From contig CAVPCQ010000009.1 in assembly GCA_963702425.1 (NCBI GenBank), positions 15,943 through 79,942 on the forward strand: 64,000 bases of DNA, in the 5' to 3' direction. This document shows positions 56,611 through 64,000 of the stretch, piece after piece (the first letter of the stretch is position 1; each line of letters begins with the position of its first letter). Source of the stretch: an uncultured Acidobacteriota bacterium (lineage in GTDB: Bacteria > Acidobacteriota > Polarisedimenticolia > J045). The notes beneath the pieces are model-generated. The model searched no databases, was not told the DNA's origin, and saw only the letters and a program-made list of their open reading frames with translations. A program made the translations under genes and the position numbers.

Positions 56611-57804
56611 GTGTCCGGCCCCGGTACGGCGGTGGTCAGCGGCCGGGGCGCGCGCCGGGCCCGTCGCGGCCACCCCTGGATCCTCCGCGAAGACCTTCGT
56701 GCCGCCGAAGCGGGCGCCGGCGAGATCGTGCGCGTGATCGACGCCTCGGGCGCGCCATGCGGCTGGGCCGCGTACTCGCCGGCCTCGCGGATCGTGCTCC
56801 GGATCGTGCGCCGCGGCGGCGCGCCCGACGACGCGCCCCCGTCCGAGGCCTTCTGGTCGACCCGGCTCGAGCGGGCGCTGTTCGCGCGCGGCGCGGCGGC
56901 CGCCGCGGGCCCAGGCTGCGCGCGCCTGCTGCACGCCGACGCCGACGGCTTCCCGGGCCTGACGGTGGACCGCTACGGCACGCACCTGGTCGTGCAGCGC
57001 ACGACGGCCTGGGCCGACCGGCAGACCGGTCCGCTGCTCGAGCAGTTGGCGGCGCGGATCGGCGCGGAGTCGATCCTGGCCCGCGACGACGCCCCCGGAC
57101 GCGAAGCGGAGGGGCTGCCGCGGGCCGTGGTCCAACTGCTCGGCACGACGCCCGCGCTGATCGAAGTCGAGGCCGGCGGCGCGCTGCGCCGCGTCGATCC
57201 CCGGCTCGGCCACAAGACGGGGCTCTACCTCGACCAACAAGAGAATCAGCGGCGCGCGGCGGGCTGGTTCGCCGAGGGGCCCGTGCTGGACGCCTTCTGC
57301 GCCGAAGGGGGGTTCGCCCTTCCGCTGGCGACCGTCGGCCGGCCGGTGGTCGCGGTCGACCAGTCGCGGCCCGGCCTCGAGCGGGCCCTCGCGGCGGCCG
57401 AAGCGGCGGGTCTCGCCGACCGCATCGAGTTCATCCACGGCAACGTCTTCGACCTGCTCGCCGCCTCCGAGGACGAAGGGCGACGCTTCCCGGCGATCGT
57501 GCTCGATCCGCCCCCCTTCGCCCGCCGTCGTTCGGCCGCCGCCGGGGCGGCGCGGGGCTACCGTGACCTGCACCGGAGGGCGCTGCGCTGTCTCGCGCCC
57601 GGCGGCAGAATGGCGACGTTCTGCTGCACCGCGACGGTCGGGGCGGAGGAGTTCGAGGCGATGGTGCGGGAGGGCGCCGAGGAGGCCGCGGCTGCGATGA
57701 CGGTGCTGGCCCGCCTCGGTCCTGCGGCCGACCACCCGGAGCGGATCGAACTGCCCGAGAGCCGCTACCTGAAAGGTCTCCTGCTGCAGCGGGACGCCGA
57801 CTGA
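56611..57804 (+). CDS. RlmI/YwbD-like SAM-dependent rRNA methyltransferase
   Basis: GHPWI PUA domain, DGFPGLTVDRY, HKTGLYLDQ, LDAFCAEGGF, LDPPPF, YLK. Confidence 0.9.
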   Translation: MSGPGTAVVSGRGARRARRGHPWILREDLRAAEAGAGEIVRVIDASGAPCGWAAYSPASRIVLRIVRRGGAPDDAPPSEAFWSTRLERALFARGAAAAAGPGCARLLHADADGFPGLTVDRYGTHLVVQRTTAWADRQTGPLLEQLAARIGAESILARDDAPGREAEGLPRAVVQLLGTTPALIEVEAGGALRRVDPRLGHKTGLYLDQQENQRRAAGWFAEGPVLDAFCAEGGFALPLATVGRPVVAVDQSRPGLERALAAAEAAGLADRIEFIHGNVFDLLAASEDEGRRFPAIVLDPPPFARRRSAAAGAARGYRDLHRRALRCLAPGGRMATFCCTATVGAEEFEAMVREGAEEAAAAMTVLARLGPAADHPERIELPESRYLKGLLLQRDAD

Positions 57805-57810
57805 GGACCC

Positions 57811-59845
57811 GTGCGACGCATCCTGCGCGTGCTGGCGATCGGATTCGCGGTCCTCGCCGTCCTCTTCGGCGTGCTGTGGGCGATCGTCTCGTCGTCGTGG
57901 ACCGAGGACCGCGTCCGCCGGTTGCTGGTCGAGCGGCTGGGCCAGGAACTCGGCGGCCCGGTCGAGATCGCGGAGCTCTCACTGCGACTCGTGCGCGCCG
58001 AGGCCCAGGTGAGAGGGCTCGCGCTGCGCCGCGGCACCGGGCTGGTCGGCGAGTTCGCGGTGCGGGAGGGCACGCTCCGACTCTCGCGGCGAGCTCTGCT
58101 CGCGGGATTGGTCCGTCCGGTCCGGATCGAGGTCGACGGCCTCTCGATCGCGCTCGCCGAGACCCCGCCGGACGGCGCGCCGGAAAAGCCGCTCGACCTG
58201 TCGTTCCTCTCGCGCCTGCGGCGGCTGCGGGTCAGCGACGGGGCCTTTCACTACCGCGGGCAGGAGGCGCGGTTCGCGTTCGATATCGACGGGATCGAGA
58301 TCGACGGGACGCCGCTCCGCAACGGCACGAGCGGGACCCTGGCCGCCGGTCCGGCGCGGATCGAGCGCCCCGGCGCCGCGCCGCTCGTCGTGCCGCGGGT
58401 CGCGGCGCGCTTCGCGTGGCGCGCCCCGCGTCTCGATCTGGAGGGGATCGAGCTGGAGGCGCTCGAGAGCACGCTCGGCGGCTCCGCGAGCGTGGCGTTC
58501 CTTCCGCAGGGGGTCGCCGCCAGCGTCGACGCGCGCGGTGCGGCGACGCTCGAGGCCCTGCTCGGGGAGGTCGTCCCCGAGCTCACGGGCCGGATCACCT
58601 TCGACGGTGGATTCCGGCTGGAGGAGGACGGGCGCTGGACGGGCCGCGCCCGGCTGGCGAGCGACGGGATCGTCCGCTTCCGCCGCGCCGAGGTGGCGAA
58701 GCTCGAGGCCCTGCTCCTGGCGGACCCCGAAGCGATCCGGATCGTCGAAGGGCGAGCGAACTCGCCCTCCGGGACGACGGTCGAGCACCTCGAGGTCTCG
58801 GTCCGCGACGGCGTGATCGAGGCCGGGGCCGATGGGAACCTCGAGACGACGGACATCTTCCCCAGCCTGGGCCTTCCCAGGGACCTCGTCCTGGGCGCGG
58901 GGCCTTACAAGGCGCGGCTCTGGCGAGCCGCCGCCGGCCAGCCGCTGCGCTGGCGTGTCGAGGCCTCCCCCGTCCCGCCCGCGGGGGCCGCGAACGCGCT
59001 CGACGGCCGCTTCACCGGAGAGGGAGGCGGGGGCAGGATCGCGCTCGACTTCGACGGTGCGTGGGGCCGGTCGGGGCTGACTTTCCGCCTGCGGGGCGAC
59101 GACGCGGTGCTGCTCGACGGGCTGACGATCGAGGCCGCGCTCGACGCGCCCGACGCGGCCTCGGCGCGCGCCGCGTTGGGGCACCTGCTCACGCAGGGGC
59201 GGGAGATCGATCTCGAGCTGCCGCTCGAGACGACCCCGGTGCCGGACGGGCCGATGGCGGTCGACGCCAGGGTGGGGCTCGTTGCCGGCAAGCTGACCGG
59301 GCTCGACACGACCGTCGAGCTCGAGGGGGTCCTGCTCGGCCAGGCGCGCTTCGAGCGCTACCGCGGACACTTCGTGGAGGTGGCACGCAATCGGTGGTCG
59401 CTGGCGATGGAGGCCACTGACGCGGCGGGTGGCGCGGTCGAGGCCGATCTGGAGATCTCGCCGGGAAACCACCTCGGCATCCGGGCCAGCGCAGGGGAGG
59501 CCGACTACGACGCCGTGACCGAGATCGTGCGCGCGATCGGAATCGAGCTCGGACTCCCGGAAGGCCGCGGCCTGGTGAGCGGTTCGATCCAGGGGGAGTG
59601 GTCGTCGACGGCTGCCGAGCTCGCCTTCGACGCGACCGCCGAGCTGACCGTCGGCGACGCGACGCCGGCCCGGCTGGCCGGTCGCGGGCGGCTGACGAAC
59701 GACGCGGTGCGGATCGACGAGGGGCTTCTCGCTCTGCCGGGGCTGGAGGCGCGCTTTGCAGGCGACGTCGCGCTGCCGTCCGGCACGCGGCCGCTCGCGG
59801 CTGCGCTCCGGTCGAGCCTGACGGTCGACCTCGCGCCGTTCTTCT
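57811..59845 (+). CDS. AsmA/TamB-like membrane-anchored beta-rich protein, truncated at a sequence junction
   Basis: N-terminal TM then long amphipathic beta strands; protein-like sequence is lost after ...DLAPFF. Confidence 0.7.
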
Positions 59846-61640
59846 CAGTTATGCGCGGGCGCTCTCCAATCTCGGCACCGCGTTGCGCGAGTCGGGCGAT
59901 CTCGACGGCGCCGTGCAGGCCTACATGTCGGCTGTCGCGGCGAAGCCCGATTACGCTGCTCCCGCATGGGCGAGCCTGGGCGCGGCGCGCCGCCAGATGG
60001 GCATGCGCGACGAAGCGGTCGCCGCCATCGAGCGCGCGCTCGCGCTGGATCCCAACAACGGGGTCGCCCTGCTCGCGCTCGGCGCGCTCCGCCGGGCCGA
60101 GGGCGAGGTGGACGCGGCGGTTGACCTGTTCGCCGCCGCGGTGCGTGCGAGCCCACGCGAAACGGGCGCCTGGTTGCAGCTTGCGGGGACGCTCACGGAG
60201 CGCGACGATCTCGATGCGGTGAAGCAGGCGTACGGGCAGGCGCTCTCGCAGGACGCTGGCTTGCTGCGCGCGCTGTTCGGCCGCCACCTGGTCTTGCGGA
60301 TGGTGCCGCCCACACTGGCTGCACTTGCGCAGGCGCGCGCCGATTTCATCACAGGGCTCGCCGCGATCGAACGCGAGCTGCCGCAGCGAGCGGCTGCGCT
60401 CACGTCCGACCGGCTGCTGGACGAGCTGCGGTGGGTGAACTGGCTCTTGCCCTATCAGGGCGAGGACGAGCGGCCGCTGCAGGAGCGCTATGCGCGCGCC
60501 GTCGGAGAGGCGATCAAAGCCCGGGCCCCGCAATGGCGGGCACCGCTGCCAGGACGCGCACGCGACGGGCGTCGGCTGCGTGTGGGCTTCGTCTCGGGGT
60601 TCTTCCGCGACGGAACCGTGGGCCGCTATTTCGAGCACTGGCTGACCGATCTCGACCGCGCGCAATTCGAGGTGGTCGTCTACCATCTGACGCCCGGATT
60701 CGATCACCTGGCCGAACGAATCGCGGCGCGCGCCGATGTCTTTCGCCGCTGCCCGCTGTGGCAGCCGTCGCAACTCGCCCGTTCGTGGGGGAGACGAGCT
60801 CGACGTGCTCCTCTATCCGGACTCGGACTCGAGCCCTCGACGTTCGCGCTCGCGGCGCTGCGCCTCGCGCCATTGCAGTGCGCCGCCTGGGGACATCCGA
60901 TCACGAGCGGCCACGCGACGATCGACGTGTTCTTCTCGAGTGCGGAGATGGAGCCGCCTGATGCGGCTGCGCATTACAGCGAACGCCTCGTGCTGTTGCC
61001 CGGCATCGGCACGCGCTATGCGAAGCCGCCGGCGCCGGAAGACACTTCGCGCGCGCGCTTCGGCCTGCCGGAACAAGGGACGTTGTTCCTCTGGCCGCAG
61101 TCGCACTACAAGATCCATCCGGAAAACGACGGGCTGTTCGCGCGCGTGCTCGCCGCGGCGCCGCAGTCGCGGCTCGTGCTGTTCGAAGGACGTCATGGCG
61201 GGCTCACGCAAACGTATCTCACGCGCCTGCGCGGCGTGCTCGCGGAACATGGCGTCGATCAGGGGCGCTTGATCGTCCTGGCGGGAGTCGCGCATGCGGA
61301 CTACATGCGCATCAACGCCGTGTGCGACGCGATGCTCGACACGCTGCGCTGGTCGGGGGGCAATACGAGCCTCGATGCGCTCGCCGCCGGGCTGCCGATC
61401 GTCACGCTGCCGGGGCGATTCATGCGCGGGCGCCAGAGCCTCGGAATGCTGCGTTTGATCGGGATGGACGAGCTGATCGCCCGCGACGCCGACGACTACG
61501 TGCGAATCGCGGTGAGGATTGCAACGGACTCCGCCTGGCAGCGCGAGCTGTCGTCGCGAATTCGCACGAGCGCCGCGCGCGTGTTCGATGATCGCCGTCC
61601 GACCGCGGCGCTGGCCGAGTTCCTGCTGGCCAACGGCTAG
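59846..61640 (+). CDS. TPR-containing O-GlcNAc transferase (SPINDLY/GT41)-like protein, 5' part missing
   Basis: TPRs, LRVGFVS, RLAPLQCAAWGHPITSG, YSERL, YKIHP, SGGNTSLDAL...PIVTLPG..MRGR; compensating frameshifts near 60780-60820. Confidence 0.85.
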
Positions 61641-62085
61641 CGTTGCTTGGGCGCCCCGCGCTTTCGGCGAGAGCGCCCCGCACCTCCTCGACGACGCTCT
61701 TCTCCGGGCGCCGGCTGGCGGAAAAGCCGCGTCCGCGGATACCAGGGACTCTCCGCCCGGAAACGCCCCAGCGCCAGTCCGACGCGAACGGCAAGAGCGT
61801 CCACACCGGCCGGTCCAGCGCGCCGGCAAGGTGGCCGATACTCGTGTCCACGGTGATGACGCGATCAAGCTCCGCGATCAGCGCCGCGGTGCCGTCCATG
61901 TCATTGCGGGCCGGGAGCCACAGAAGGCGCGAGGCGAGCGCCGCGTCCTCGCCTTCCGCCGTGCCCTGCTGCAGCGACACCCATGTGACCCCCGATGCGG
62001 AGAGCAGCGGGGTGAGCGCCGCGAGCGTCGTCGAGCGTCGGCGATCGTCGGCGTAATGACGGCTTCCCGACCAGGCGAGGCCTCT
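61637..62085 (-). pseudogene. C-terminal fragment of a GT9-like glycosyltransferase (TPR-GT type), frameshifted
   Basis: GLAWSG, VSLQ, TAALIAELDRVITVDTSIGHLAGAL, DWRW, PWYP...LFRQ across frames. Confidence 0.75.
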
Positions 62086-62443
62086 TTAGCCTGTCCCCCA
62101 CCTGACACCCTGCGGCGCCATCGGCGGGGAGCTCCACGACGTAGTGCACCCCTTTGTAAAACCGGCCGATGCGCCACGGCCGCAAGTTGCGGTCGATGCC
62201 GACGATCACGTCGTCTTTATTGACATAAAGGACATCGAGCGGAAAACGCATGAACTGGGTGTGGATCGAGCTGCACGGCACGATGACCAGCCCGGCGCGG
62301 GGGGCAGCGGCGGCGCCAGCATCAGCCCGCGGAAGTTGGACCAGAAGGTGCTCGCGATGCGACCTGACGCGATCACCGTGGTGCCGCTCGTTATGTTTTC
62401 AGACGCGGACCGGGTTTGGCTTGGCTGGCAAATCAGTTCTCCA
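62086..62443 (-). CDS. DUF192 family protein, frameshifted
   Basis: RGLM, PCSSIHTQFMRFPLDVLY, LRPWR, VVELP, VGDRL. Confidence 0.8.
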
Positions 62444-62459
62444 TTTCCGTGTCGAATCC

Positions 62460-63182
62460 TCAGCCTGAGGCAAGCAACACACTGACCCCGCCCAATGCCA
62501 GGTACGGCGCGTAGGCCATGGTGCTCTTACGGCCGGCGCGGCGGGTGACCAGCAGGATGATCGCCGCAACGCCCGCCAACAGGATGCCGAACACCAGGGC
62601 CGGGATACCTCCGGGTAGCCGGTCATCAGGCCGATGACTCCGGCCAACTTGACATCTCCCGCGCCCATCGCGCCGCGGCGACGACCGCGATGATCAGGAA
62701 CACGCCAGGCCGACGCCCCCACCCAGCAAAGCCTGCAGTGGGCCCGGCATACCGGGCAGGAAGCTGAACGCCAGAGCTAGACCGCGGCCGGCAGCAGCAT
62801 CACGTTCAGCACGCGCCGGTGTTCCAGGTCGATGATGCTGACCGCCACGAAGAAAGCCGTGTAAAGCCAGGCCACCCCCAGGGCCAGCAGGTTGTGGCGC
62901 AGGAAGAACCCCATCAGAAGGAAAGCGACGATCCCCGCCAGTTCGGTCAGGGGCAACACCAGGCCGCGCCGCGCCGCAGTGCGGGCAGACGCCATGACGG
63001 AACGGGTACCAGGCCAGCGTCCAGTAGTGGAACAGCGCGGGCCGGGCGGCCGGATCCGGGGCGGGCGATCTGCCTCGCCTTGCCCCCGGCGCGCAGACGG
63101 TCAGCGGCCCAGTTGGCCACGATCCGGCCAGCCAGCCGGGAGGACGCTCGCACAGAGACCGATGAGAGTGGGAAAGGGTCAC
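62460..63182 (-). CDS. prepilin peptidase (A24), frameshifted
   Basis: [25 protein letters not shown] spread over several frames. Confidence 0.8.
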
Positions 63183-64000
63183 GAGCCAATCGAATCCTTG
63201 AGCAGCAGCGGCACATAGCCGAAGGTCGGTGTTCGGGTCGATGTCGGCGTGCCCGCCGGGTTTCGGGTCGATGTCGGGGTAGCGGTCGGTGTGTGCGCCG
63301 GCGTGCTTGTCGATGTTCGTGTCGATGTCGAGGTAGCGGTGAGTGTTCGTGTCGGTGTGCCCGTCGGCGTTCGGCTGGGCGTTGCAGTCCTTGTCCGCGT
63401 AGGGGTCGGGGCCACGCCTGGCCGATGGGACCCGCCAGCAGATAGACGCGGCCGGCATCCATGCCGGCGAATGAATCGGCGTGCGGCGCGGCAAGGATCA
63501 GTCCATCGGCCATCGCCGGTGACATCCGCGACGGCCAGGGCGATGCCGGTACGATCCCCGGCGAATGCGCCATAGATGGTGAGATCGGTACGTTGGCCTG
63601 CGTCACGAGCGGCCCGGCCGGCTGGCCGTGCAGTTCCAGGAGTGGCCGGACTGCGGCCGGCCGGGGCCGTCGCCGTTGGGGACCCCTGCCAGGAGGTCGC
63701 TCCGGGCATCACCGTTCAAGTCGGCGGCGCCCACGGCCACACCCAGCTTGTCATAACTGGTGGTGCCCTCCAGCGTCAACTCCGGCGTCACCCGGGCCAG
63801 GTCGAGGGTCGGCGGCAGGTCCGCCCGCCAGGCCAGGCCGTACGCCGCGCCGGCGCTGGCCTGGCCACCCGCGCGTTGCCACCGGCGCGCCGAGGACAAG
63901 ATGCTCTTGCCGTCGCCCCCCAGGTCGCCCAGGGCGACGGCCGCCGGCCATCGCCGGCCAGTGCGCCGAGCACGGTCAGTGCCGCCGGCTGCGTGCGCAG
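63179..64000 (-). CDS. C-terminal part of an FG-GAP/integrin-alpha repeat protein with Thr/Pro linker, frameshifted
   Basis: [39 protein letters not shown], (TP/TA/TS)n linker, terminal YVPLLLKD. Confidence 0.75.

Noticed and set aside
57811-61640. TamB-OGT fusion or programmed frameshift
   Set aside because: the compositional break and rising error rate point to a chimeric join
63225-63420. tandem-like GTCGATGT/GTCGGTGT repeats
   Set aside because: they simply encode the Thr/Pro-rich linker of the FG-GAP protein on the minus strand

Overview
Very GC-rich bacterial DNA. Positions 1 to ~59845 read as one core-genome segment, probably Acidobacteriota (inferred from the GWxTD protein, gene order and a sorbosone-dehydrogenase/PKD surface protein). 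It carries an FNR-like regulator with its own binding boxes, sua5, a cNMP-domain aspartase, AlaX, lpxL, truA, yggX, ispH, ftcd and spmAB. It also has two pyrimidine operons (pyrK-pyrD-pyrF-thrC-like-rarA; pyrR-pyrB-pyrC-purC), an ECF sigma/anti-sigma/bactofilin-like triad, nagZ, M23-secA, guaB, mgtE-recO-glyQ-glyS-ppdK-phoH2, dksA, rlmI and a truncated AsmA/TamB-like gene. Two families of REP-like palindromes occur between genes. Several genes carry single-base frameshifts typical of an unpolished long-read assembly. The last ~4 kb looks chimeric: a TPR/O-GlcNAc-transferase plus GT9 fragment, then a Chloroflexota-like DUF192/prepilin peptidase/FG-GAP fragment. No tRNA, rRNA, CRISPR array, transposase or recognisable defence system was seen. 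I found no convincing wholly new system; the best leads are regulatory or architectural.
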